From Candidatus Cloacimonadota bacterium (GTDB lineage Bacteria > Cloacimonadota > Cloacimonadia > Cloacimonadales > WRIO01), in contig JAKQQL010000321.1 of assembly GCA_029564175.1 (NCBI GenBank), positions 1-33,232 of the forward strand: 33,232 nt of DNA. The letters are read 5' to 3'. Both the position numbers and the translations under genes were made by a program. This document shows, piece by piece, positions 8,927 through 18,383 of this stretch. Each line of letters starts with the position of its first letter. Position 1 is the stretch's first letter. The notes under the pieces were generated by a model. That model had not been told where the DNA came from. It searched no databases and saw only the letters and a program-made list of their open reading frames with translations.

Positions 8927-9562
8927 TCAGACTTGAGTAGATTTTTCTGTTGCTTCCTGTGCCTTTTGGGCTTCTTTCTTTTTTGCTCTGATTTCTTTTA
9001 ACTCAGGGTATAGGATATCCATACAATCGGGGCAGATCGAATGAGAAAAATCGACATCGGTATGCTCGTGAAAATAGTGCTCAACACCGATCCAGTAGTT
9101 CTCATCATTCCTGATTTTTTTGCAATTGGCGCAGATAGGGATGATTTCTTTGAGTTGAATGAGTTCGTTTACATTTTCTATCATGAGTAGGTAGTATTTT
9201 GTATGATCAAATTCAAAGGGAGACGTTGTGATTAAGCTATGGAAAATGGTTTCTTGTCCATCTTTTTTCATCTTTAAAACGGCCTGTTTTCTGTAAGTCT
9301 TTTGACCTTCAACTGCATTATTTACTGAGTTTCTGATGACACAGGATTTACATGCATGACTATGACCACAACCCAGTTCTGATTCGGTTGAGTGAACACA
9401 TTTTAGGAGTTCACCACCTCTTTTATGATAGATGATATTCTCATTTTCCAGTATTTTCTTTGCCTCTTTGTTTGCATACTGCACTTTTACGTCATCATCC
9501 ACAATAAACATTGCCATGGGAACTTCATCAAATACCTTGTAATATATGTTGTTATCTATCAT
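8927..9562 (-). CDS. Stand-alone PAS-domain protein with a Cys-rich insert and a C-terminal CxxC...CxxC module
   Basis: Start moved to ATG 9562 (GGAGG 5 nt upstream). PAS start 'VFDEVPMAMFIVDDDVKVQYANKEA'; insert C-x9-C-x5-C-x2-C; C-terminal 'IIPICANCKKIRND..YW..VE.YF......FSHSICPDC'. Confidence 0.85.
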   Translation of the reverse strand: MIDNNIYYKVFDEVPMAMFIVDDDVKVQYANKEAKKILENENIIYHKRGGELLKCVHSTESELGCGHSHACKSCVIRNSVNNAVEGQKTYRKQAVLKMKKDGQETIFHSLITTSPFEFDHTKYYLLMIENVNELIQLKEIIPICANCKKIRNDENYWIGVEHYFHEHTDVDFSHSICPDCMDILYPELKEIRAKKKEAQKAQEATEKSTQV

Positions 9563-9582
9563 TATGACCTCCATTTTCATAT

Positions 9583-9611
9583 ATCATAACAAAGAAAACT
9601 GTTTTTGTCCA
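9583..9611 (-). promoter_or_regulatory. Putative sigma70 promoter for the PAS gene
   Basis: Minus strand TGGACA, 17-nt spacer, TATGAT. Confidence 0.45.
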
Positions 9612-9639
9612 GAAAAAAAAATAATATCTGAGGTTTTTG

Positions 9640-9668
9640 TTGACAAGTCAGACTGTATTTAGAAATTA
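9640..9668 (+). promoter_or_regulatory. Putative promoter of the glycan locus
   Basis: Perfect TTGACA at 9640-9645, ~85 nt before the first gene; the -10 region is degenerate (AAATTA at 17 nt). Confidence 0.45.
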
Positions 9669-9725
9669 TCATTTATACAATTATTCCAAAAATGATTGTT
9701 AATTATGAAATTAAAAAAGTAGAGG

Positions 9726-10745
9726 GTGATGAATAAAATTTTAATAATACATACTTGGGGAATAGGAGACATGATTATGTTTACTCCTTTTTTAGTTTTT
9801 CTCAAAAAAGAATACCCCAGTATCTCAATTGATTTTTTTATAACACAAAAACCAGCCTTTCTACCTATAAAAAATAGTGATTTAGTTGATAAAGTGTATT
9901 ATGCTGATTATAATATAAAAAGTATGTTTCATGTGAGTAGAGAAATAAGGAAAACTCATTATGATATATGTTTTCATACATCCGGAATCTCTCCGTTTAA
10001 ATATTTCCTTTTTTCAATGTTTGTAAATTCAGACTATAGATATGGAGAATATAGACAAATACCAAATATTTTTTTATCAAAGCAGGTAAAATATGATAAC
10101 ACAATTCACAGATTCGAGAGTAATTTAAAAATATTAAGTCTTTTTTCAAATGCTTCTCATGTGAGTAAGATGCCTGTGTTTTATTTGTCAGAGAGTGAAA
10201 AAATATTTGCCGATGATTTCATTAAAGATCATCAATTACAAAATAAATTTTTATTTGGAATTCATCCAGGGTGCAATAAAAAGTCAATTAACAGAAGATG
10301 GTCAAAAGAAAAATTTGTTGAAGTAATTGAATTTCTTCAGAAAAAGTATCCAATGATTAGTATATTATTATTTGTTGGACCTGATGAAGAAGAAGATGGT
10401 GATTTTATTGAAGTTCAGACAAAAGTTATAAAAGTTTCAAAAACTAGTTTAGGACAAACTGCCTCTCTGATAGCAAAATGTAAATGGTTTTTAAATACAG
10501 ATTCTGGATTAGGGCATATTGCTTCCTGTTTTGACTGTAAAATATTCACTATCTTTGGCCCTGCCGATTCACGCTTGAGCAGAGTTATTTCTGATAATGC
10601 AGAAATCATAAAATCAGGTCTTAAGTGCCAACCATGTGAAATTTTAAATCCAACTCATTGTAATTTAGAATGTCTTAGAGATTTAAAATCATCAGTTATC
10701 ATAAAAATTATTGATAAAAGATTGGAAGTTGAGAATTTATGTTGA
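9726..10745 (+). CDS. GT9 glycosyltransferase (RfaF/WaaF heptosyltransferase family) 1
   Basis: 'GIGDMIMFTP', 'GIHPG...NRRWS', 'NTDSGLGHIAS', 'TIFGP', C-terminal CQPC..C..EC. Start is GTG 9726 or ATG 9729. Confidence 0.9.
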   Translation: MMNKILIIHTWGIGDMIMFTPFLVFLKKEYPSISIDFFITQKPAFLPIKNSDLVDKVYYADYNIKSMFHVSREIRKTHYDICFHTSGISPFKYFLFSMFVNSDYRYGEYRQIPNIFLSKQVKYDNTIHRFESNLKILSLFSNASHVSKMPVFYLSESEKIFADDFIKDHQLQNKFLFGIHPGCNKKSINRRWSKEKFVEVIEFLQKKYPMISILLFVGPDEEEDGDFIEVQTKVIKVSKTSLGQTASLIAKCKWFLNTDSGLGHIASCFDCKIFTIFGPADSRLSRVISDNAEIIKSGLKCQPCEILNPTHCNLECLRDLKSSVIIKIIDKRLEVENLC

Positions 10746-11875
10746 TCATACTTGTCGTATCAGTTATAGTTATTGCATATCATATCGTTTTTTATCCACT
10801 TATTATTGCTATTCTAGCAAAAATGAACCAAAAAATTAGAACAGAAATCACTATAAAAAATTATCCTTCAGTAACGGTTCTATGTGCTTCTTATAATGAA
10901 GAGAAAAATATCGAGAAAAAGATTCAATCCTTTTTATCTCTTGATTATCCTAAAGATAAGATAAAAATGATTGTCATTTCAGATTCATCCACTGACCGGA
11001 CCGATGAAATTGTTAGACAGTATAGTGCTGCAAATCTGGAGTTAATCGTTCAAAATCCAAGAAAAGGCAAGCAATCTGCCCATAATATGATTAGACAGCA
11101 TTTAGATTGTGATTATGTATTATCAACCGATGCTAATGCCTTTTTTCAAAGAGATTCAGTAAAAAAACTGATTCAAATTATTGAAAGTGATCCCAAAATT
11201 GGAATGGTATCAGGTGAAAGCCGGCTTGTAAAAAAAGGTGATTTAGATTCTGGAGAAGGGCTGTACTGGCGTTATGAGTGTGCATTAAAGAAAAATGAAG
11301 CAAAAGTTTATTCAACAATATGCGGAACAGGTGCTTTGTTTGTCATTCGCAGAGAATTGTTTACTGAAATAGAAACTTCAAGTCCAGATGACTATGAAAG
11401 AGCTCTAATTGTTTTAAAGAATGGATATAAAGTTGATTATTGCGCTGATGCCTTTGTTAAAGAGGATGTTTCAGAGAGAACGCTAGATGAATTTTCAAGA
11501 AAGATCAGAATAGTTACACAGGAATGGCAGGCCATGGGAAGAAATGTTGTCTTGTTAAACTTTTTTAAATTTCCAATTGAATCTTTTTTTTTAATTAGTC
11601 ATAAGATAATCAGATGGCTTGTTGGGCTTTTCTATTTAGTTTCATTACTGAGTGCAGTTTTAATTTCAAACAATTTATTAGTTAATTTGTATTTGTTCAT
11701 AAATCTGATTGTAGTATTTCTTGGATATACCGGATTATTTATTGAAAATAGAGGAAAACAAATAAAATGTTTAAAACTTTTTACCTATTGGTTTGCAATG
11801 AATGCAATCTCAATTATTGCTTTATTTAATGCAATCAAAAAAAGAAAATATTCAACTTGGAAGCATAGCAGGTGA
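10739..11875 (+). CDS. GT2 glycosyltransferase with N- and C-terminal TM helices (CESA/IcaA-like)
   Basis: 'PSVTVLCASYNEE', 'SDSSTDRT', 'STDAN', 'GEGLYWRYE', 'GALFVIRRELF', 'PDD', 'EFSRKIR'. Confidence 0.9.
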   Translation: MLIILVVSVIVIAYHIVFYPLIIAILAKMNQKIRTEITIKNYPSVTVLCASYNEEKNIEKKIQSFLSLDYPKDKIKMIVISDSSTDRTDEIVRQYSAANLELIVQNPRKGKQSAHNMIRQHLDCDYVLSTDANAFFQRDSVKKLIQIIESDPKIGMVSGESRLVKKGDLDSGEGLYWRYECALKKNEAKVYSTICGTGALFVIRRELFTEIETSSPDDYERALIVLKNGYKVDYCADAFVKEDVSERTLDEFSRKIRIVTQEWQAMGRNVVLLNFFKFPIESFFLISHKIIRWLVGLFYLVSLLSAVLISNNLLVNLYLFINLIVVFLGYTGLFIENRGKQIKCLKLFTYWFAMNAISIIALFNAIKKRKYSTWKHSR

Positions 11876-11879
11876 TAAA

Positions 11880-13070
11880 ATGGATTATGAAAATTTTGAT
11901 TTTTATGATTTAATAAGTGTTCTTATTAAAAATAAAAAATTTATATTTTTAATATCATTTATAGTAATGGTGCTTAGCATAATCTATTTGACTTTTTCAA
12001 GCAATTTGTGGGTTTCTCAAGTTAAAGCACAGCCTTTAGTCTCTCCTTCAAGCATTGAATTATCATCATTAAAAAACACAACCTTGTCTGAACTGACAAG
12101 AGGATTGAGACAAACTCAACAAGATATAGAAGGGGACAGATTAATAATGATAATTAGTAGCCGCCCTTTCCTTGAAAAAATCATTAACAAATTTAATCTT
12201 TATGAGTATCTAAAAATTGATAAAAAAGATAAATCAAAAGAAGAGAAAAGAGATATAGCTCTTAAAAAGCTTAGAACCAAAATGCTTTCTATTAATTACT
12301 ATCCTGATAACAGTTTACTAGAGATATCTGTTACAACAAAAAATAGAATATTATCGTCTCAGATTGCCAATTATATAGTAGAATTGCTTGATTATAATAA
12401 TATATATGAAAGAAAAACAAAAGGTAAAGAAAGCAGAATACTCATCGAAAACAGATTAAATCTAATACAAGATAATATAAAACAGTACGAAAATCAACTT
12501 GAACAATTTAAGTCAGAAAACTCAATAATCAATATTGATGATCAGAGTATAGCGGTTTTAAAACAATATACTGACCTGGAATCACAGAGAATTCAATTAA
12601 AGATAGAGTTAGATGTTTTAAAACTTAAGTATGATGGAGATAATAGTAAATTAGTATATTTAAATAGTACAATTCAAAAAATAGAAGACGAATTAAAAAA
12701 TTTAGAAATGTATGGAAATCATTCTTATATACTTACATTAGACAAAATACCCATTTTAAGTAAGCAGTATTTCGCATTAGAAACAAAACTACAAATTGAG
12801 AAATTAGTTTATGATAATCTTTATCCTCAGTTAGAAATGGCAAGGATTGATGAATCAAAAGAATTAACAACCTTAAACATCATTGAAAATGCTGTTCCTT
12901 CTGGAGAAAATATATTACAGAAAAAAATAATTCAATTTTTGATTATTAATTTTCTCAGCTTTTTCTTTGTTAGCCTTTACGTGTTGTACAAAGAACTGTT
13001 TTATTTAAAACGAAGTAATAACTCCGAAATTGATGATAAATTGAAGAAAATATATAATGACATATTTTAA
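11880..13070 (+). CDS. Wzz/GumC-like polysaccharide co-polymerase (chain-length determinant) 1
   Basis: Start moved to ATG 11880 (MDYENFDFYDLISVL; AGGTGA upstream). Two terminal TMs flanking a coiled-coil periplasmic region; no tyrosine-kinase domain. Confidence 0.8.
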   Translation: MDYENFDFYDLISVLIKNKKFIFLISFIVMVLSIIYLTFSSNLWVSQVKAQPLVSPSSIELSSLKNTTLSELTRGLRQTQQDIEGDRLIMIISSRPFLEKIINKFNLYEYLKIDKKDKSKEEKRDIALKKLRTKMLSINYYPDNSLLEISVTTKNRILSSQIANYIVELLDYNNIYERKTKGKESRILIENRLNLIQDNIKQYENQLEQFKSENSIINIDDQSIAVLKQYTDLESQRIQLKIELDVLKLKYDGDNSKLVYLNSTIQKIEDELKNLEMYGNHSYILTLDKIPILSKQYFALETKLQIEKLVYDNLYPQLEMARIDESKELTTLNIIENAVPSGENILQKKIIQFLIINFLSFFFVSLYVLYKELFYLKRSNNSEIDDKLKKIYNDIF

Positions 13071-14460
13071 AACAATCAATAAAGATTATATTTTTTACAT
13101 TTTATATGATATATTAGTATTTGTATTTGGTACATTAATGGATTTTAAGGTGACCTATATTATTGCTTTAATCGCTTTCCCTGTCTTTTTGCAAATATTT
13201 TTATATGATTTTGAAAAATTTACATATAGTATATTGATATTGTCGAATTTATTTTATCAAGTTCTCTTTTCTGCTTCTGATATTGTTGTTAGATTATTTT
13301 TTATTTCGATTCCATTACTTATTTATCAAATCATTATATACAAATTTAGAAAAATATCAAGTAACCAACGTGAAACAGCTAAAGAATTTCAGAAGATTCC
13401 GTTCATTTTATTAGGATTATTTTTCTTTAATATTGTCATTGCCAGAATGAAATTACCTACAATTGTTTGGCTATCTTATTTTATGCAAGGATTTTTATGG
13501 TATTATTTTTTAAAAGGATATTTTTCTCAAAAAAAACGCATTATATCAACATTCATTTATCTAAATTTAACAGCACTACCTTTTTATTTAGTTGGGTTTA
13601 AAGAATTATTACAAATGGAAAGAGTATCGTCTTTTACTGAAGGTCCAAATACTTTCGTTGGCTATGCTGTATTTTTTGTGATTATGAATTTATTCTTAGT
13701 GAGAAATTGTAAGCATTTTATTATAAAAATTACATCTGTTATAATAATTTCTATGAGTCTTGTTATTATTATTGGAACACAATCACGCGGTGGACAAATA
13801 GGTTTTATTATTGCTTTGTTTCTTTATTTATTCTTGTATAATTTAAAAAATATTAAGAAAATGTTTTATTACCTTGTTTTTTTTATGTGTTCAATAGCAA
13901 TATTCGCCATTAGTTTTGGTTCATCCTATTTACAAAGATACATGATTGTATCAAATAGTTCAATTGACGTATCAACCTTGGATAGACTTGGTATGTGGTG
14001 GGCTGCAATAAAATTATTTGCAGAATCTCCAATATATGGTATTGGATTAAACAATTATTATTTTTATTATTCAAAATATCATATGTTTTTTAAATTACTT
14101 TCATTAAAACAACTTAAAGTTGCACATAATCTTTACTTAAATGTTTTAGCTGAGTCTGGTATTATTGGTTTTCTTGTTTTAGTATTTATTTTAGTATATA
14201 TAGGTAAATACTTAGTATATTTGCTTTTTAAATCAGATATAGATCATGTTGGTAAGGATATTGTCGTGTGTTGCGCTTGTTATTATGTATATTTTTTAAT
14301 ACATAATTTACTTGATTGTATTTGGATTGCCATTAATCATCAAATCGTATTATTTCATGGTGCTATAGTGCTCGCATTAATATTTGTAGTTGAAAGACTT
14401 TATAAAAAATCAGAAGATAAAGAAATTTCTGATTTAATTAACGATAAAGAATCTGGTTGA
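13057..14460 (+). CDS. O-antigen ligase/polymerase family (WaaL/Wzy_C-like) membrane protein
   Basis: Multi-TM; 'RVSSFTEGPN', 'TQSRGG', 'DRLGMWWAAIKLFAESPIYGIG', 'AHNLYLNVLAESGIIG'. Confidence 0.85.
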   Translation: MTYFKTINKDYIFYILYDILVFVFGTLMDFKVTYIIALIAFPVFLQIFLYDFEKFTYSILILSNLFYQVLFSASDIVVRLFFISIPLLIYQIIIYKFRKISSNQRETAKEFQKIPFILLGLFFFNIVIARMKLPTIVWLSYFMQGFLWYYFLKGYFSQKKRIISTFIYLNLTALPFYLVGFKELLQMERVSSFTEGPNTFVGYAVFFVIMNLFLVRNCKHFIIKITSVIIISMSLVIIIGTQSRGGQIGFIIALFLYLFLYNLKNIKKMFYYLVFFMCSIAIFAISFGSSYLQRYMIVSNSSIDVSTLDRLGMWWAAIKLFAESPIYGIGLNNYYFYYSKYHMFFKLLSLKQLKVAHNLYLNVLAESGIIGFLVLVFILVYIGKYLVYLLFKSDIDHVGKDIVVCCACYYVYFLIHNLLDCIWIAINHQIVLFHGAIVLALIFVVERLYKKSEDKEISDLINDKESG

Positions 14461-14485
14461 CAAAACCTGTCATGAAGAATAACTG
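14457..14485 (+). promoter_or_regulatory. Possible internal promoter before wzz-like gene 2
   Basis: TTGACA (14457-14462) overlaps the upstream TGA; the 51-nt gap is the largest intergenic space in the locus. Confidence 0.35.
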
Positions 14486-14511
14486 GAAAGAAATAAAAGA
14501 TAGGGTTAATT

Positions 14512-15714
14512 ATGTTAAATGAAAAGATAAAATTATTAGATCTACTGTATGTTATTGCAAAAGGGAAAAAAAGTATTTTAATAATAACTCTTTTATTTAG
14601 TATTGGAGCTGTGGTGTTTTCAATACTCGTAACTCAAAAATGGCAATCAACCGCTATTGTACAACCGATATTGAGCTCTACAGGATTAGATTTAAGTAAT
14701 ATTGGAGGTTCAATATTAAGTGGATTATCAAGTAGTCTTGGAATGAATAGTACAGAGGTTGAGGGAAAGAGACTTGTTGCAATTGCGTATAGCCGCCCTT
14801 TTCTAGAGAAGTTAATTAAAGAGTTTAAATTAGATACCTATTTTAAAACAAATAAAGATAGGAAATCAAAGCCAGAAGAGATTCGTGATAATACATTAAA
14901 AGAAATTAAAAGTAAGTTGCTATTTGTTACATTTGATGAGAAAGTTGGATTTCTTAATGTAAGTGTTATCACTAAAGATAAATACTTATCTTCAATAATC
15001 GCTAATTATGTTGTTAAAGAATTAGATTGCTACAATCAGAATGAAAGAATGACTAAAGCTAAAGAGAAAAGGATATTGTTAGAAAATCGTATTAAATCAA
15101 TAAACACAGAAATAGAGTCATGTTTAAGTGATTTAGCTACTTTTCAACAAAATACGAGAATTCTTAGTGTTGAAGATCAAGTAAGTAGTTTAATGGAAAA
15201 TTACATTAAGTTAGAATCTGAAAGAGTAAGTAAACAAATAGCGCTCGATTTATTACTAATTAATTTTGATAAAAACGATTTAAGGGTACAATCTAAAAAA
15301 GATGAAGTTAATGTTATCCGTGACTATATCAGAAAATTAGAAAATTCAGATGATTACAGTAAATATATTGTTTCATTAGACAAATTACCAGCGTATGCAA
15401 AGGAATACATACAGATTGAATCCAGATTACTGATAAACCGAACTGTTCTAGAATATATCTATCCTCAGTTGGAAATAGCAAAATTAGAAGAAATGAGAGA
15501 GTCTACAACATTTGACATTATTGAAGATGCAGTTCCTGCAGGTAGAAGAGCATGGCCAAAACGTGCATTACTATGCATTTCTGTATTTGTTCTCAGTTTT
15601 ATATTTTCAATTGGGTATGTTCTTATAAAAGATTATATAAAAAGACAAATCAGCATAAATGATAACAAAGAAAAAATTGAAAATATTATAAAAATATTGT
15701 TAAACAAAAAATAA
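14512..15714 (+). CDS. Wzz/GumC-like polysaccharide co-polymerase 2
   Basis: 'IKLLDLLYVI' start, two terminal TMs, coiled coil, Pro-rich 'IIEDAVPAGRRAWPKR' before TM2; paralog of 11880-13070. Confidence 0.85.
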   Translation: MLNEKIKLLDLLYVIAKGKKSILIITLLFSIGAVVFSILVTQKWQSTAIVQPILSSTGLDLSNIGGSILSGLSSSLGMNSTEVEGKRLVAIAYSRPFLEKLIKEFKLDTYFKTNKDRKSKPEEIRDNTLKEIKSKLLFVTFDEKVGFLNVSVITKDKYLSSIIANYVVKELDCYNQNERMTKAKEKRILLENRIKSINTEIESCLSDLATFQQNTRILSVEDQVSSLMENYIKLESERVSKQIALDLLLINFDKNDLRVQSKKDEVNVIRDYIRKLENSDDYSKYIVSLDKLPAYAKEYIQIESRLLINRTVLEYIYPQLEIAKLEEMRESTTFDIIEDAVPAGRRAWPKRALLCISVFVLSFIFSIGYVLIKDYIKRQISINDNKEKIENIIKILLNKK

Positions 15715-15723
15715 AAAAAAATT

Positions 15724-17151
15724 ATGAAAAAGCATCTGCTTAAGTTTATGCAACATTCATTAATTTATGGAGTGAGTAATATTCTATCAAGAACAGTTAC
15801 TTTTTTTCTTCTGCCTTTATATCTTGCTTATTTATCTGCTTCTGATTATGGAATACTTGAGATAAGTAATACCTTTTTTTCTTTGTTGTTTGTGATTCTG
15901 TTGTTAAATATAGATTCCGGATTGTTTAAACTTTTTTATGATAAGACAAATCAATTTACTCAAGAAGAGAAGGTTGGCACAGTATTTTCTTTTTATTTGA
16001 TTTACGGTTTAATTGTATCTTTAATTTTGATTTTAATATCTCCTTTTATTTCAAACATTTTGTATGGCAATAAATCCTTTATTTATATCACTAATCTAGT
16101 GATTATATCTGCTTTTTTACAAGGAATTGTTCAATTGTATCTAGCTCTGTACAGGATGAAAGAAAAACCATTAAATTACTGTATTTTTAATGTTATGCTT
16201 ACAATCATACTGGCTTTGCTGAATATTTTATTTGTTGTGTATTTTAAAAAATCTTTTGTAGGTATTAGAGAGGCTTCGGTTATTGGTATTGGCTTTATTG
16301 CCTTTATTCTATTTAGTTTAAATAGAATAAAAATATATTTTAATAAATTAGTATTGAAAAAAGTGTTAAATCTATGTTTACCTTTAGCTGGAAGCGGGCT
16401 GGCAAGTTGGGTATTTAATTTAACTGATCGTTATATGATAAGAGTATTGTATAATCAATCTTCTGCATTAAAAGAAGTTGGTGTTTATGGATTAAGTGCG
16501 AAGTATGCATCAATTGTTCAGTTTATATTAGTCTTCCCTTTCATGATGGCATGGAGTAATCTGATGTTTACATATCAACATGAAAAAAATGCCAAGGAAA
16601 TCTATGCAAAAGTGTTAGACTTACTAATTGTGGCCAGTATGTTTATTTATCTATTTATTTCAATGTTTAGTAAGCAGATTTTGAATGTTCTTACTGACAA
16701 TGTTGAATTCTCAACTGCTTATACTGTGATACCATTTTTAGCACTTTCTTATATTATATATGCGTTTTATATGGTTTTTACTGTTGGTGTAACATTGATG
16801 GAAAAAACAAAATTTATGATGTATAGTGATATCATTGCTGCCGTTTTTAACATCTTTTTAAATTTTCTTTTAATACCGAATTATGGATTTTTAGGTGCAT
16901 CAATTAGTACCTTGGTTTCCATTAATATTAGAACAGGTTTACTATATATTTTTAGTCAGAGATGCTATCATATTCCCTATAAAATTAAAACTAATACTAT
17001 AATTGTTTTAATCTCTTTCTTTTCAGCATTTTATTGTAATCAATTTGCAGATAATTTACTATTAAAACTATTGTTACTATTTTCTGTAGCAACAATTATT
17101 TTAATAATCAGTCCTATAAGGATAATTCACCTATTAAGAAGGAAACAATGA
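15724..17151 (+). CDS. wzx: Wzx-type polysaccharide flippase (MOP/PST family)
   Basis: Polytopic membrane protein; 'FLLPLYLAYLSASDYG', 'TDRYMI', 'EVGVYG', 'NIFLNFLLIPNYGFLGASIST'. Confidence 0.9.
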   Translation: MKKHLLKFMQHSLIYGVSNILSRTVTFFLLPLYLAYLSASDYGILEISNTFFSLLFVILLLNIDSGLFKLFYDKTNQFTQEEKVGTVFSFYLIYGLIVSLILILISPFISNILYGNKSFIYITNLVIISAFLQGIVQLYLALYRMKEKPLNYCIFNVMLTIILALLNILFVVYFKKSFVGIREASVIGIGFIAFILFSLNRIKIYFNKLVLKKVLNLCLPLAGSGLASWVFNLTDRYMIRVLYNQSSALKEVGVYGLSAKYASIVQFILVFPFMMAWSNLMFTYQHEKNAKEIYAKVLDLLIVASMFIYLFISMFSKQILNVLTDNVEFSTAYTVIPFLALSYIIYAFYMVFTVGVTLMEKTKFMMYSDIIAAVFNIFLNFLLIPNYGFLGASISTLVSINIRTGLLYIFSQRCYHIPYKIKTNTIIVLISFFSAFYCNQFADNLLLKLLLLFSVATIILIISPIRIIHLLRRKQ

Positions 17152-18383
17152 AAAAAATAGTTTTTTTAACTAAAAGTACAATGCGGTTTGATTCAAGAGT
17201 AAAGAAAATATCCTTATCACTCGCTCAAAATAGTTATGATGTGACTGTAATAGCAGAAAAACTTTATAAAGATTTAAAAAAAACAGAAAACAAAGAATAT
17301 AATATTTATAGGGTCTCAACTCTATCTGGTTTTTATTCAACAGAATCTTCTGTTAGCAGTGAGAAAGAAATGGTAAATTCTCACCTTAGTTATCTTCAAA
17401 AAATAATTAAATACATAAAATATATGAAATTGAGAACATATATTTTCATTACATTAAACAGAATATTTTGGAATTTAGGTGCTCTGATTAAAATAATATC
17501 AATCAACCCTGATTTAATAATAGGAAGGGACCCCAATACTCTTTTAATATCTTATGTCGCATCTAAACTTTTAAATAAGCCTATAATCTATGAACCTCAT
17601 GAAATCTGGGATAGCTCAAATCTTTATCTAAGGTCAACTAAACCAATGCAGGTTTATTGGAATTTAGTTGAAAAACTATTAATAAAAAAAGTCAATATTA
17701 CTTTTACAACAACTGAAAGCAAAAGAAAGATATTATCAGAAAGATATGGTGTTGATAATGTTTATGTTTTAAGAAGTACCAGCCCTTTTAGAGAACTAAG
17801 ACACTCAATAAATTTAAAAAAACAATACAATATACCTGAAGATAAACTATTGTTGATTTACCATGGTCAATTAGGCAGAATTAGAGGTGTTTTTGATTTA
17901 GTAGATGCTATAAAAGATTTGGATGACTATGTCTTATTATTTATGGGGATGGGCAATGATATTTATGAATTAATGCAGTATGTAAAACAATTAAGCCTTA
18001 ATCATAAAATATTTTTTAAAGATGCAGTTAATCCGGATGATATCGTAGAAAATATTGCATCTGCTGATATTGGGATACAGCCATTTCATTATTCCGAAAA
18101 TATTTATAATGAAATATCAAATAAATTACTTGAATGTATAATGGCGGAATTGCCAACAATTGGTGTAGATTTCCCTGAAATTAAAAGAATTATCATAGGA
18201 GAAAATATTGGTTTTGTTTATAAGTCAGGTGACATAAAACAACTTAAGATTGTTTTGCAAGAGATTGCTCAAAACAGGTGTATTTTGAATAAGTTTAAAG
18301 AAAACTGCAGAAATATAAAACATCAATACTCTTGGGAGATTGATGAAAAAATCCTTTTAGAAAAAGTGAGAACATTAATATGA
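17148..18383 (+). CDS. GT4-family glycosyltransferase
   Basis: 'DSRVKK', 'IIYEPHE', 'YHGQLGRIRG', 'SADIGI', 'SNKLLECIMAELP', 'YSWE'; ATGA overlap with wzx. Confidence 0.85.
   Translation: MKKIVFLTKSTMRFDSRVKKISLSLAQNSYDVTVIAEKLYKDLKKTENKEYNIYRVSTLSGFYSTESSVSSEKEMVNSHLSYLQKIIKYIKYMKLRTYIFITLNRIFWNLGALIKIISINPDLIIGRDPNTLLISYVASKLLNKPIIYEPHEIWDSSNLYLRSTKPMQVYWNLVEKLLIKKVNITFTTTESKRKILSERYGVDNVYVLRSTSPFRELRHSINLKKQYNIPEDKLLLIYHGQLGRIRGVFDLVDAIKDLDDYVLLFMGMGNDIYELMQYVKQLSLNHKIFFKDAVNPDDIVENIASADIGIQPFHYSENIYNEISNKLLECIMAELPTIGVDFPEIKRIIIGENIGFVYKSGDIKQLKIVLQEIAQNRCILNKFKENCRNIKHQYSWEIDEKILLEKVRTLI

Noticed and set aside
11802..11879. N-terminal extension of wzz-like gene 1 given in the ORF track
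   Set aside because: Overlaps the GT2 gene by 74 nt; ATG 11880 has an RBS and a typical Wzz start.
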